From a virus (Duplodnaviria; Caudoviricetes), in IMG/VR virus record IMGVR_UViG_3300010344_000850, positions 37,711-101,710 of that record: a stretch of DNA of 64,000 nucleotides. One strand, written 5' to 3'. The notes under the pieces were generated by a model. It had not been told where the DNA came from. It saw only the letters and a list, made by a program, of their open reading frames with translations, and searched no databases. Positions 26,958-38,429 of the stretch are shown here, piece after piece. How positions within the stretch are numbered: position 1 is the stretch's first letter; each line of letters opens with the position of its first letter. The position numbers were made by a program, and so were the translations under genes.

Positions 26958-29797
26958 TACTGTAATAATCCCATCTCTACTCGTAAAGCACACTGTACAT
27001 CAGCTTCATAAGACAAAGCCCCTGTGTCATCTGCAGTCGTGTCAAAACCAATAGCTCTTCCACAAGTCGTAGCTGTGTTCGCTCCTGAAGACCACAAAAA
27101 TGTTAATGTAGTTAAAGTAGAATTAGCTATAGTAATTTTACGAGTTGTAGAACTATAAGTCACAGTAGTATTGCTATCTCCAACAGCTCTCATTTTAGCT
27201 TGTATCTCTGCTGCTAATTCAGTAGGAGTGTAATCATCAGCGTCTAAATCTGCTGTTTTTGTACTACCGTTTTCAGTCCAATCTAAATCATCGTTTACTC
27301 CAGCTTCAATGGTCACTGTATCTCCATAAACTCTAACAGATTCGTTTTCTCCTTCTATATCTAAATTTGAACCTACACTTAATTTTCCTGTGATATCGCC
27401 TGAAGTAATAGTCATCTGCCCTTTAACGTTAAAAGTCTCCTCAGAGGAATCCCATTTCGCTCCTTTAGAATTGCTATAATCTCCGAAAATAACATCTCCT
27501 GAATCACTCCCTGAAGTTAAAATTTTAAATATTTCATTTCCGCTACTTTCATCGTCATAAGCTATAAAACTATTCGCTGTAATAACAATCCTAGCTCCCG
27601 ATGTAGCTGTCCGAATAGTACCTCCTGTAATTGTAGTCCCTGTAATAGATACAGCGTCTAAACTTCCTGAAGTAATACTTCCTAGATTAGCTGATATTGC
27701 AGCTAAATTGTCTACTATTATCTTATCGGCGGTAATTGAATCCGCCTCTATCCTATCAGCATCTATATATCCGCTAACTATATCTTCAGCGTCTAAAACT
27801 CCCCTAATTGTTAATGTAGCTCCATCCCAATCAATGTAATGAAATCCATCTCCGCTATTTTCTGTTCCTCCAAAATGAAAAGTTCCGTCATTTTTTATAT
27901 AAGCTTTCCATTCATCTCCATCAAAATAGCCTAAATAATCAGCAGATAAATATAATCCTTCATCAATATCAGGAGTAGAACCTACAGAAGATAGTGTTAA
28001 TTCCCACTCTCCTACTTTTATTTCATCAGCTCCAGAAGAAGCAGCTCTATATAATCTATTATTATCCGTATTTAACCATAAATCTCCCTCAGCCAAAGAC
28101 GTAGGAATTCCTTCTCCTGTTGTTGTAGCTGATTGAACAAAAGAGGTAATACCTCCAGAACCACCGCTCTGCGATATTATAACCCAAGCTCCAGCCTCCC
28201 TTAAATATAATTTATTTGAATCGTCCGTATCAACCCAATAATCTCCGTCCTTAACAGTTTGGCCGCTAGTAGGAGGCTCTTCGTTTTGATAAAAAGTTAC
28301 AGGGATAACTGTTCCATTAGTTATAGTAATATCTCCTTTAATCCTTAATCCGTTTACAGGGTCATATTTAAGATAATTATCAGCGTCACCTATAGCTGTT
28401 CCGTAAGCGTCTTCCGTGTATCCTAAGAATCCGTTAAGATTTCCTATTCTAAGTCTCGTAGTAGGGGCTATCCAAGGAGTAGTTCCTGTATTAATAACCG
28501 ACATATAAGGAGCGTTAGACTCTGAAGCGGTCATATAAATCATACCGTCCGTAGAAGAACCGTAATTAATTACCGCTGTTCCTTTTTTCCATATCGGATT
28601 ATTATCAGCCGTATAATCTCCCGCTTTGTCTCTAGTTACAGAATAAGTGTTTCCTGATACTCCTGTCACTTCAAACCACTCATCATCTACTCCGTCCTTA
28701 ATTCTAAGAATATCTCCTACATCAAAAGTAGTATCTCCTGTAATAGTTAAAGTAGAAGAATCTAGAGCTGTCATATCTAAATCTAAAATATCAGAATCGG
28801 CTACTAGTAAATTCCCTCCTACTGAAGAAATAGTTTCTTTTTCAAATACTGAAGTAGTGAATTTCCCTCTAGCTCTAATGTTATTAAATTCAGCGTCTCC
28901 GTTATCTTGAATCTGAAAACCTGTACCTAAAGCCCCGCTAACGAAATCTCCGCTTTGAATAGAGTTCTTAGTAACAACAATATTACCGACTCTAGCTCCG
29001 TCTACAGAAAATCTAGCTATTTCAACTCCGTTTTCATCATAGAAGAAAGTACCGTTCTTATTAAGTCTCATTAAACGATTACCGCTAGTAGATTTAAGCC
29101 TCATTTCCCTACTATCAAGCTCTAATGAACCCGAAGAATTAATAATCTTTAAATCCTCAGAAAGGCGGATATTCCCTATTAAATTATCAGCTAAAATAGG
29201 ACTAATATTATCCCTAAGAAGTTCTACAGTATCTTCCTCGAATTTTCCGTATTTATCTCCATGTAAATCATAATCTCTTTGATTCACTATATAAGCATCA
29301 TAAGAACTCTCAGAATCTTTATTGTTTACTATAAAAGCCGTAGTTCCAGGCTTAGGAACAATGATTTTAGCTAATACGAGTTTCTTAAAATCGTAGCTCT
29401 TATCAATGATAATAGCGTTATCAAAGAGAACTACATAGAAAACCTCAGTCTTATTGTCAAAAGGAATAGGTACTGTAATGTCTTGTTTAGTTTCATAATA
29501 GCGTCCGTAAGACACCCCTCTTCCTACTTCTACAATAACTGAAGAAGAAATAGGGGAAGTAGCTTTAACGTATAATCCTGAGATAATTCTAGGACGAATA
29601 ACCTGAGACATGAGGGTTTGCATTGAGTTAACGATAGCTGCACTCGTAATGTCGGATATAGAACTCCCTGTTAAAGGAGATATTTCAGGTCTTTTTAATT
29701 GTTCGCTAGTTCTAAGACCTTGAGAATACTTTGTTCTAGACTCAATTTCATTTACGACTAATTCATATAAACTAGAGTAGCTAACCTTGCTGGTCAT
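26957..29797 (-). CDS. Central tail fibre / host-specificity protein
   Basis: GDYWVDTDD/GDLWLNTD repeats, ITADKI, LAAISANLGSITSG, ends RVEMGLL as in lambda J-type C-termini. Confidence 0.75.
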   Translation of the reverse strand: MTSKVSYSSLYELVVNEIESRTKYSQGLRTSEQLKRPEISPLTGSSISDITSAAIVNSMQTLMSQVIRPRIISGLYVKATSPISSSVIVEVGRGVSYGRYYETKQDITVPIPFDNKTEVFYVVLFDNAIIIDKSYDFKKLVLAKIIVPKPGTTAFIVNNKDSESSYDAYIVNQRDYDLHGDKYGKFEEDTVELLRDNISPILADNLIGNIRLSEDLKIINSSGSLELDSREMRLKSTSGNRLMRLNKNGTFFYDENGVEIARFSVDGARVGNIVVTKNSIQSGDFVSGALGTGFQIQDNGDAEFNNIRARGKFTTSVFEKETISSVGGNLLVADSDILDLDMTALDSSTLTITGDTTFDVGDILRIKDGVDDEWFEVTGVSGNTYSVTRDKAGDYTADNNPIWKKGTAVINYGSSTDGMIYMTASESNAPYMSVINTGTTPWIAPTTRLRIGNLNGFLGYTEDAYGTAIGDADNYLKYDPVNGLRIKGDITITNGTVIPVTFYQNEEPPTSGQTVKDGDYWVDTDDSNKLYLREAGAWVIISQSGGSGGITSFVQSATTTGEGIPTSLAEGDLWLNTDNNRLYRAASSGADEIKVGEWELTLSSVGSTPDIDEGLYLSADYLGYFDGDEWKAYIKNDGTFHFGGTENSGDGFHYIDWDGATLTIRGVLDAEDIVSGYIDADRIEADSITADKIIVDNLAAISANLGSITSGSLDAVSITGTTITGGTIRTATSGARIVITANSFIAYDDESSGNEIFKILTSGSDSGDVIFGDYSNSKGAKWDSSEETFNVKGQMTITSGDITGKLSVGSNLDIEGENESVRVYGDTVTIEAGVNDDLDWTENGSTKTADLDADDYTPTELAAEIQAKMRAVGDSNTTVTYSSTTRKITIANSTLTTLTFLWSSGANTATTCGRAIGFDTTADDTGALSYEADVQCALRVEMGLLQ

Positions 29798-29802
29798 AAA
29801 AG

Positions 29803-30006
29803 TTACTTCTTTTCTTCTTGAATAGGTGTTTCCTTTTTATCTTTACTATCTTCTTTTTTCTTGTTCTCTTCAATCTGAGCGTTTTTATACATATCCCTCA
29901 AAAGAGAAATTTGTCCTTCTAACTGTAACTTCGCCTCTATAGCTCTCTGAGCTAATTCGCTTTTTTCCTCAATAAGTTTCTTAATTTCTTTCAGTGATAG
30001 TTCCAT
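29803..30006 (-). CDS. Small coiled-coil protein
   Basis: GGGAG RBS; heptad pattern. Confidence 0.55.
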   Translation of the reverse strand: MELSLKEIKKLIEEKSELAQRAIEAKLQLEGQISLLRDMYKNAQIEENKKKEDSKDKKETPIQEEKK

Positions 30007-30031
30007 ACGTTTTCTTTTTCTCCCTTACTTT

Positions 30032-30493
30032 TTAGTTTATAATCCATCCTCTAGTTAACAATTCTAGAATCTTCTTATCAAAAATAGCTCCTTGTCCCGC
30101 ATCAGTCCCTATCTTCAACACACATCCGCAAAACACCCCTCCTCTAAAATCACTATTCTGATATTCGAAGTGATTTAAATCTGTATCGTGAAAATTACAA
30201 TTTCTAACATCAGCGTTTCTAATAATAGTTCTTCCTAAAAATTTAGCTCTTTTAAAATTACAACCCTTAAGATTACAGCCCGATAAATTAGTTTCTGTGT
30301 CATTTTCTCCTATAGTACAATAAGCGAAATTAGTTCCTGATAAATCTTCATTGTAACGGTTAAGTGTTTTGATAATAGCTCTAGCGAATGATTGATTTTT
30401 CAAAGAATAACCTTCTAACAAGCTAGATATGTCTTTTCCGTTCTTAATGTAGCTTTCTATTAACTTAAGTCTTTCGTTGTTTAATATTTTCAT
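30032..30493 (-). CDS. Pentapeptide repeat protein
   Basis: EDLSG TNFAY, TNLSG CNLKG CNFKR AKFLG, ADVRN CNFHD TDLNH, SDFRG. Confidence 0.85.
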   Translation of the reverse strand: MKILNNERLKLIESYIKNGKDISSLLEGYSLKNQSFARAIIKTLNRYNEDLSGTNFAYCTIGENDTETNLSGCNLKGCNFKRAKFLGRTIIRNADVRNCNFHDTDLNHFEYQNSDFRGGVFCGCVLKIGTDAGQGAIFDKKILELLTRGWIIN

Positions 30494-30505
30494 TTTATCT
30501 TTCCT

Positions 30506-33500
30506 TTATGACGGATATTTAGCTAACACTAACGACATTGTAGCTCCGTTGCTATTGTCTGATATTGACTCTAAGAAGTATAAATCGTCTATTCCGTTTA
30601 CACTATCTACAACTCTAACAGTATCGCCTACTAAAAGATGAGGACTAAACATTACTTCTACCTGAGCTTTCGAATGATTCTTGTAAAATTCATTTAAATA
30701 GGCTCTAGCTAGACGGTCATTTTGTTCTTGTGTAAATAATAATTCATCAGAAATATCTACTTTTTTATAAAGCCTATCTCCTAATTTCTGTAATAATCCG
30801 TCATAGTCTAATAAATCCGTATCATTTGGTTCATACTGATAAACATAATCTGTTCTAGCGTGTTCTTCTGTTAATCCTACACAACCTAAAAATTCACTAT
30901 CAGTTAATCCTGTATAAGTAAATTCATCTCCGTCAATAAAAGCCGTAGCTGTCTCTCCGCTTTCAGGGTCTTCAAATCCTTTAGTAGAATTAACATAAAT
31001 AGTTTGAGAACCGCTTTGAGGAATAGTATCTTGTGTTAAGTAAGTTGTAGGAATTAACTTAGCCTCTGATTTAAGAATAATATTAGCATAAGCCGAAAAT
31101 TCAGTAAAAGCTACAGGATAAACCCCTTTTTTATACTCTATTTTTTTAACATTTTCAATTACTAATTTGAGATATCTAGCTCTTAAATCTTCTCCTAAAG
31201 CATCTTCTTCAAAGGATACTGAATCTCCGCTAGCTAAATGAACATAAGAAGTTTTATCGCTTATATTATAATAGTCAACTCCGTCTAAAGAATAATGTAA
31301 GCTGAAATGAATATCAGTATCGAATTTTAATACTTCATCAGGTTTAAAGAAACCTGCTACAATATCAATAGCCTGTATGTTTTGAACTTGTCCTAAGTCA
31401 ATAATTCCGTAATTATATCCTTGAGGAGGCTCTGCATAAAACTCCGTCTGCACCTGTGTATCCCATCTTCCATCAATAACGCTAGCTATTCCCTGAATAG
31501 GGGTCATAGTGTGAATATACTCAAAAGTAGCTCTAACTGATGATTCTACAGGGAAAGGAAGAATACTCTTATGAATTTTAAATATAGCATTATCATAGTC
31601 AATTACAAGATTTCCTGCTGCATAAAATACCCAATACGTAGCCGTAGAAATAGATTCAACAGTAGAGTTTTCGCTTTGTCCAGGAACATTATAAATCCCT
31701 CCTGCCCAATCCATATTTCCGTCTCCTGCTGTAATTCTCATTACTTCATCTCCGAAAGCATCATATAAAATGATATCGTGGTAACTTTCTATACTATGAT
31801 GAGCAAAGTAAATCTTATACTGATAGTATACTTGAACGTCTACCTCAGTTCCCTTCTTTGTCGAAGTAGTTTTTGTTACAGTCCTCGTAGTTCTTAACCA
31901 CCTCACGGGCTGCATAATCATCTGATGTTTCTTATTATCAATAGCTACGTTGTCTATATAAACTATCGGTTGAGTATTATTAACAGTAATATATCCCGCA
32001 TTAGGAATTCCTGTAGCGAATAAGTAATAGCCTGTCGCTGTACTAGAAGACATCGCCATATCTCTAATCCACTGAGCATAAGTTTCGCTAGCTCCCTCAG
32101 GAATTACAGGCGAAACTCCCTCTTCTCCTATATAAGATAATTCAGATAAAGAAGCGTACCCTTTATATTCCTCATTAGTAGTAACAAAATCTACTCCGTC
32201 TTCAAACATAACATTAGTAGGATTTGAGTTTTTAGCGTACATAATAACTCTAGTATAAAGGTCAGTATCTTCTAAATAATTTAGATTAGAAATTAAACTA
32301 AGATTAAAATCTTCTACCGTTCTTTGAGAAAGGAACGAAGACCATATTTTCTCATCTCCTTGAGTTCTAATAACGTAGTTAGGGGCTACATAAGCTCTTA
32401 GTTTATTAATAGCCTCAAATCTATTTTCAGTCTCTCTAGGAGTAAATTGAATACGATTAATCTCAATACCTGAACTTTGCAACGTCTTAAAAGAATAATT
32501 AGTAGTACATCTAATATTTTCTGCTATAGAAACAGCCGAAGATAAGTAAATTCTTCCGTTTCTTTTGTCTACCTTACTAACAGTAATTCCGCTCGGTAAA
32601 TCAAAATCGGAAGTAGTTAAGTCAGTAATAAGATTAGAATACTTAAGATACCACACCTCTCCTGTTCCTTTAGTAACAGAAGCTTTTACAACGCTTCCTG
32701 TTACGTGATTATTTAAAGAATTCTCTCCTGTTATAGGTATTCCGTATAGATGAGTAGAATCTATAGAAGTATAAGTAAAAATATCTCCGTTAATCTCGGC
32801 TTCTCCTGAGGAGGGAAAGCCTTCTGTCGAATCTACAGCTAGTACTGTAGTAGATATTTCATCCTCCGTTCCCGAACCTGAGTTATAAATTTCATCATAA
32901 AACATATCAGGAAGGATAAAATCATACATTCTAACGTCATCAATTAATCCGTTCATTGAGTTACTAGAATAGCCTATATAAAGATTAAATCCTGTTAGAT
33001 TAGGTATTCTTTTAGGAGTATAAGTACCCGAAAACACTAAAGTCATTTGTACATTATCAATAAACAGTTTAATTTTATTTTCGTTTTCTTCTTCTGTAAA
33101 GTCGAATAATAGTTTAAAGTGACTAAAAGTATCTACAGTAACAAAAGAAGAATAGCTCTCTAAAATAGCTGTATAGGATTTGGATTGGCTACTTAATTCA
33201 ATGATAAGCTCATCATCAGTCGTAGCGTGTATTTTAAGTTTTGAACTTCCGTCTCCGTTAGTTTTTAGGAAATAAGTTTCATTATCAACACCGCTACCTC
33301 CGAAATGTTTAGGGGCGTGCCAAAAAACTATTGATAAATATCTAGCGTCATTTATCTCCTCTACGTCTCCGCAATCAATATAATAATCATCTCCGTTAAG
33401 CTGTATAGCTCTATTGACTTTACCGCTAGCTGAAGAAACTATGTTACTGAAAAGATTCTCAGTTCCGTCTTTCAAAGAACCGTTATAATTTCCCTGTGAA

Positions 33501-34444
33501 TCTGTTATTGTTACAGAAGAATCGTTATCGTTCATTTTATAATGAATAAAAGGAGGCGTTCCGTTATAATCCTCGGTTAAATAAGCCTTTAAAGTTACAG
33601 TAGAATCAGAATAATTAGGTATTAAAGTATCATAAGTTAACCCCGACACATTTTGAAAAGTATCAGTTAAATGATTATCAATAACAGCTTGAGCTGAGGT
33701 TTCATTAAATAGATATTTTCCATATCCATTAGGAGCCGTAAGAATCTGTTCTAGAGCGTCTTCTACAAATACCCCTTCAGTATAAAAATGATAGTTTCTA
33801 GCTACTACGTCGTAATTGTCTCTCACATTAAGAGGGAAACCAAATTTAACCTGTCCTGAAGCGTAATATATCTCCATTCCGTCATATTGAGGGTCATTTA
33901 AAGAGTGTAGTCTATCCCTAATCACTAAAACAGGAGGAGGATTTGTAGCTATAGAGTCATTAGCGAAATTAAACACTTGAGAGTACATGTCATTAGGAGA
34001 AGGAAGAAGATTAGGGGATAATGTTTCATTCTCAATCTTTTCTTTAGTTCCCTCAATCAACATATCCAAATCCCACTGTTGTAACATAGAAATGTAATCT
34101 AAACAATTTAGAGTAATCTCATTTACTTGAGCGTTCTTAGTCATTCCTCTTTGATTAACTACTCCGTAGAAGCAATCGTAAGCTATCGTATCGTTAGTAA
34201 ATTTATACTGTAAAGAGACAACATCTCCTACGTTTACTTCATAAATACCGCTAGGACTAAATATCCCGTTAGGATTATGAAGAGTGAAAGAAGCTTGTGC
34301 CGCGCCGTATGTTTTATCAAACGACCTAGAACTAGTCTTAAGATAAGAGGTTCTATCTACTCCGTTAATAGTAAAGACACGAGTAGCCTTGATATCTTTA
34401 TTAGATATTTGAGTAGAAGCTACCGCCGATAAAGTTCTCGCCAT
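30506..34444 (-). CDS. Tail tip / baseplate hub protein with LamG-like and discoidin-like inserts
   Basis: N-terminal hub pattern (FTLHNPNG...FYGVV...LNCLD); HYKMND...NGLIDDVRMYD; IDG...IIDLG...ARYLKL; C-terminal PHLLVGDTV. Confidence 0.75.
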   Translation of the reverse strand: MARTLSAVASTQISNKDIKATRVFTINGVDRTSYLKTSSRSFDKTYGAAQASFTLHNPNGIFSPSGIYEVNVGDVVSLQYKFTNDTIAYDCFYGVVNQRGMTKNAQVNEITLNCLDYISMLQQWDLDMLIEGTKEKIENETLSPNLLPSPNDMYSQVFNFANDSIATNPPPVLVIRDRLHSLNDPQYDGMEIYYASGQVKFGFPLNVRDNYDVVARNYHFYTEGVFVEDALEQILTAPNGYGKYLFNETSAQAVIDNHLTDTFQNVSGLTYDTLIPNYSDSTVTLKAYLTEDYNGTPPFIHYKMNDNDSSVTITDSQGNYNGSLKDGTENLFSNIVSSASGKVNRAIQLNGDDYYIDCGDVEEINDARYLSIVFWHAPKHFGGSGVDNETYFLKTNGDGSSKLKIHATTDDELIIELSSQSKSYTAILESYSSFVTVDTFSHFKLLFDFTEEENENKIKLFIDNVQMTLVFSGTYTPKRIPNLTGFNLYIGYSSNSMNGLIDDVRMYDFILPDMFYDEIYNSGSGTEDEISTTVLAVDSTEGFPSSGEAEINGDIFTYTSIDSTHLYGIPITGENSLNNHVTGSVVKASVTKGTGEVWYLKYSNLITDLTTSDFDLPSGITVSKVDKRNGRIYLSSAVSIAENIRCTTNYSFKTLQSSGIEINRIQFTPRETENRFEAINKLRAYVAPNYVIRTQGDEKIWSSFLSQRTVEDFNLSLISNLNYLEDTDLYTRVIMYAKNSNPTNVMFEDGVDFVTTNEEYKGYASLSELSYIGEEGVSPVIPEGASETYAQWIRDMAMSSSTATGYYLFATGIPNAGYITVNNTQPIVYIDNVAIDNKKHQMIMQPVRWLRTTRTVTKTTSTKKGTEVDVQVYYQYKIYFAHHSIESYHDIILYDAFGDEVMRITAGDGNMDWAGGIYNVPGQSENSTVESISTATYWVFYAAGNLVIDYDNAIFKIHKSILPFPVESSVRATFEYIHTMTPIQGIASVIDGRWDTQVQTEFYAEPPQGYNYGIIDLGQVQNIQAIDIVAGFFKPDEVLKFDTDIHFSLHYSLDGVDYYNISDKTSYVHLASGDSVSFEEDALGEDLRARYLKLVIENVKKIEYKKGVYPVAFTEFSAYANIILKSEAKLIPTTYLTQDTIPQSGSQTIYVNSTKGFEDPESGETATAFIDGDEFTYTGLTDSEFLGCVGLTEEHARTDYVYQYEPNDTDLLDYDGLLQKLGDRLYKKVDISDELLFTQEQNDRLARAYLNEFYKNHSKAQVEVMFSPHLLVGDTVRVVDSVNGIDDLYFLESISDNSNGATMSLVLAKYPS

Positions 34445-34445
34445 T

Positions 34446-34901
34446 TTATTTTTCCCTTACGTTTTCTAATTTTAAAGTTCCGTCATGGCATGCTAAGTGA
34501 CATTTTCTACACACGGTCACGCCATTAGCCACTTCCCAGAATTCTTTCCATCCAAGAGCAAGCTGAAGGATAGTTCTCTTATCACTTAAAAGAGTTTTAT
34601 ATTTTTCACAAAATTCTTCAAAGATGATATCGTATTCTTTGTAGAGATGGTGAATGTCGAGTTTCTCTGTAGCCCCGCATCCTCTACATTTATACTTATC
34701 CCGTCCCATCACAATCTCTTTCCACTGTTGATACTCAGGTAAACCTCTGATACCTATTTTAAGAGAGCGTCTAGTCGTGAGTAAATCCTGTCCGTCTTTA
34801 TTGTGTCGAGTACGATTGTGACAACTCCTGCAACGTTTAGAAGATTTGTAAATTCTAGCTCCACAATCAGGACAATATTTCTCAGTATCTAGTTTACTCA
34901 T
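34446..34901 (-). CDS. HNH homing endonuclease
   Basis: CPDC/CRSC Zn ribbon; RDKYKCRGCG...LDIHH...NGVTVCRKCH. Confidence 0.88.
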   Translation of the reverse strand: MSKLDTEKYCPDCGARIYKSSKRCRSCHNRTRHNKDGQDLLTTRRSLKIGIRGLPEYQQWKEIVMGRDKYKCRGCGATEKLDIHHLYKEYDIIFEEFCEKYKTLLSDKRTILQLALGWKEFWEVANGVTVCRKCHLACHDGTLKLENVREK

Positions 34902-35293
34902 TAGTCAGACCCGCTCATTCTTGTGAAGCCTACATTGATAATATATTCGTCAGGACTCTCTCCTACTAACCATTTTGACTGTAAATTCAAGAATCTTCCT
35001 ATGTATTCTTTCCCTGTATGAGTCACTATTTTAATAAAGTCATGATTTTCAATATAGCTCTCTAGCTCATCCTTAAAAGTCTCATCATTCATATACCACG
35101 TAAACTGTAAATCAGGTTTTACTGTTTTAGTTTCAGGAGTATAATAGCCGAAAGACCCATCAGCTAACTGAATGGCTTGTTGAGTAGTATTAAGTCCTAC
35201 ATCTAAATCTTCTTGAGGACGAGGAATAGTAGACGTTCCCCCTGAAGGCCAATCTCCATCTTCTTCTTGTACATACAGTGTCCAGTCCGACAT
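34901..35293 (-). CDS. Distal tail protein-like
   Basis: Directly after the tape measure; start MSDWTLY preferred; LADGS motif. Confidence 0.55.
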   Translation of the reverse strand: MSDWTLYVQEEDGDWPSGGTSTIPRPQEDLDVGLNTTQQAIQLADGSFGYYTPETKTVKPDLQFTWYMNDETFKDELESYIENHDFIKIVTHTGKEYIGRFLNLQSKWLVGESPDEYIINVGFTRMSGSD

Positions 35294-35294
35294 T

Positions 35295-38200
35295 TTAAGC
35301 CAACCCTCTGGAGGCGTGTAAAGCAAACGCATCTCCTATGTTATTTGCTGTTGAGAAATAGGCACTCTCAGGTAATATGAAAGTCTTCTCATTCTTTAAG
35401 GCTACTAGATTTCTATTTACTACAGATAATTCTTTATTCGATAAAGATATCTTAGAGGCTACATTTCCTGTTTCTGTTTTAATTTCTTCTTGAACTTTAA
35501 CTGATTTTTGAAAGAGAGGGATTAACATACTAGCTCCTACTAAAGCTATACCCGCTATTCCTATCGGGCCAAGAGCCGCTAAAGCTCCCTTAGTTCCTAA
35601 AGCAGCCATTCCTCCTGCAGCAGTAGCCGCAGCTCCAACCCCTGCCATACCTATTCCTACTCCTAGCGAACCTACACCTCCTAGAATACCCGCTGTAGCA
35701 GCCAATCCTCCTCCGTTACTACCTCCCGCTGATTGAAAAGCTGAATAGCCTACTAGAGCTGAATTCGCTACATTCCCTATTCCTCCTAAACCTCCTAGAA
35801 AATTCCCTGACTGTTGTCCCGCTTTCGTTCCGCTCTTAGCAGCATAATTCCTCGTATTCCACTTAGGAATAGAGTTTCCTCCTAGACCGAATAAACCTCC
35901 TAATACGCCTAAAGCTCCTCCTAATACGCCTCCCGCTGTGCCTGAGGAAGATTTACCGCTTAGAATATTCCCTATTGTACCTGCTGTTCCTCCTGTAGAG
36001 AGTAGTTTACTTCCCTTTACGAAGGACTCATACATAGCGTCCGCAGCATAATCTCCTCCTTTAATGAAAGTATCATACATTCCCTTAGGTTTTTTATCAA
36101 ATATGTGTTTAATAGCGAAAAGTTCTTCTCCGAAAGCTTCTCCTATACCTGTAGCTTGAAAAACATTTCCTATGATTCCTTCACTAAAAGCTCCTAGTAC
36201 AGAATCCTTAACAGAAGAAGCTACACCTTCTCCGAATTGTCCTAAAGTTTTTTCGCCTTTTAATAAATCAGTTAAACCTCCTGATAAAGTATCTTGAAGA
36301 CCTTTAGAATAAGTATTTATTTCTTCTTGAACTAATTTAAGAATTTCTTGTCGTTGTTTAATAATATCTCTATTGTTTTCAATATCTACATTTTGAGCTT
36401 TTAAATAAGCTTCTTTCCTAGCTAGTTCGGCTATAGCTATTTGTATTCTATTATATCCGAACCCTTCTAATTTCTTAGCTACAAGTTCTTCTTTTAATAA
36501 GAAATCAGTATAGTTCTTTCTTTTCTCTAAAGTTACAATTTCAGCTTCTAATTGTTTTCTTTTATTAAGAATATCTTTATCATTATACTGTTTATCTTGT
36601 GTTAAATAGGCTAACTTTCTCTTAGCTATCTCAGCTTCTTCTACTCCGTAATCTTTAAGAGTATCTAATCTTTTTAATTCTATTTCTTGAGTTTCTTTAT
36701 CAATCATATTGCCTGAAGCTTTTGTTTTTATTAATTCTTTTGTTTCTTCAAGTTCTTTTTTAATTTTCTCAGTTACAGAGTCTTCTTGTTTAGAAGACAG
36801 TTGTTTACTAAATGTTTCTGAAACTCCTCCTAAAAGCCCTTTCTGAAGGATATTTTTAACTAACTCTTTAGGTTTTAACTTAGTTTGAGCAGCTAAAGCT
36901 AATACTGGACCAGCTAACTGTGCATTGTCTGCAGCATCTTTTAGCAATAAAACAGTCTCTCTTAAAACATCTAATAATCCTTTCCATCCTCTTGTATCAG
37001 CTACCTCTGCTATGAGTTCATTCCACGCACCAGCTAATCTTCTTGTTTTAACCTCTGCGGTATCTAAAAGAATATTTACAGCTCTTTGACTAGCTCCTTC
37101 ACTGTTTAGTGCAGCATTAGTAGCTTCTAATTGTTCTTTCCATTGAGCAAAAGCCGCTTTTAATTTAGTAACTTGACGAACGCCTGCTAACTGATAAGCT
37201 AAATCCTCTTTTACGGATTGTTCTAAAGTATCGTATTTATCAGCTATTTCATCTAAAATAGTTCCCCAATCTCTAAAAGTTCCTGTATTATCTTTAGTAG
37301 CTTTTCCTGTTTCATCAAGAAAAACAGGAACATCAGCTAAAGACTGTATAGAATCTCTCGAAACAGTTCCTAATCGAGTAAAAATAGTTTTAAGAGAGTT
37401 ACCTATTTCCCCTCCCTTAGCCCTAGTAGCTAAATGAGTAGCCGTAATAATACCTAAAGTCTTCTCTAAACTCAGACCCATCTGTTTCGCTACAGGGCCA
37501 ACCTTCCTTAAAGACTCCGCCATAACATCCGTAGTAATAGCGAACTTCAAGTCGATAGCTACTAAGGAATCTACAATTTTAGCAGTATTATCAGCCTCTA
37601 AGCCGAACGAATACATTACAGAAGTAATATCCTCAACGCTGTCCTTCATCGAGCGTCCTGTAACAATAGAAAGTTTAGCAGTCGTTCTCATTAAAGGGAT
37701 AACTTCGGCATATGTTTTTCCCTGTTGTGCCCATAATCTCGCTCCCTCCTAAATCGTTCAGAGAAACTCTCCGAAAGCTGTAGCTAATTTCAATAAATCT
37801 TTAGAAAGTTTTCCTAATTCTTCTCTAGTTCCGCCTCCTACAACAGCTATCTTCGACATTACAGTTTCCCATTCAACTAAAAATCTAAAACTACTCTGTA
37901 AAAGCTGAATAAAAGATTGATACACTATTCTAGTACCCATCCAAATAGGAACAATTTCAACAGCTCTTCTAGCCATTTTTTCTATTTCGCTAGTAGCTTT
38001 TTTCTTAGCTTCTCCTAATTTATTAGTAGCGTCAATGTTTTCTTTAATGGCCTTTGTTTCTTTACGAGTTAAATCCTCGCTCGATATAATTTCCGCTCCT
38101 GTAGCTCCTACAGTTCCTACTCCTGTTTTAGGATTAACTTTTAATTGAGATGTTGTTCTTTGAAATTGATTTTGATTGAGACGAATGAGAGTAGTTAAAC

Positions 38201-38408
38201 GTCCTACTTGTTCGCCCGTACTAGTAAGAGACGCTTTAAACTTTATCATCTTCACATCAGCAGCATCAAAATACTTCTGAGCACTTATTCCTGCTTCATT
38301 AAAACTTTTTCTAATTCCTTTTAATAGGATTTGAGATTGTTTTAAAGAAGGGTCAGACTGTCCCTTGATTACAAGTTTAATAATATTTTCCAATGTTTCA
38401 CTAGCCAT
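35295..38408 (-). CDS. Tail tape measure protein, one reading frame interrupted by TGA (37758-37760) and TAG (37749-37751)
   Basis: ORFs 38408-37758 and 37691-35295 are in the same frame; TP901-type core (LWAQQG, AESLRKVG, EIGNSLKTIFTRL, LAGVRQ) spans the break; Gly/Ala-rich C-terminus. Confidence 0.85.
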
Positions 38409-38429
38409 TTTATTATTTCTCTCTTACTA

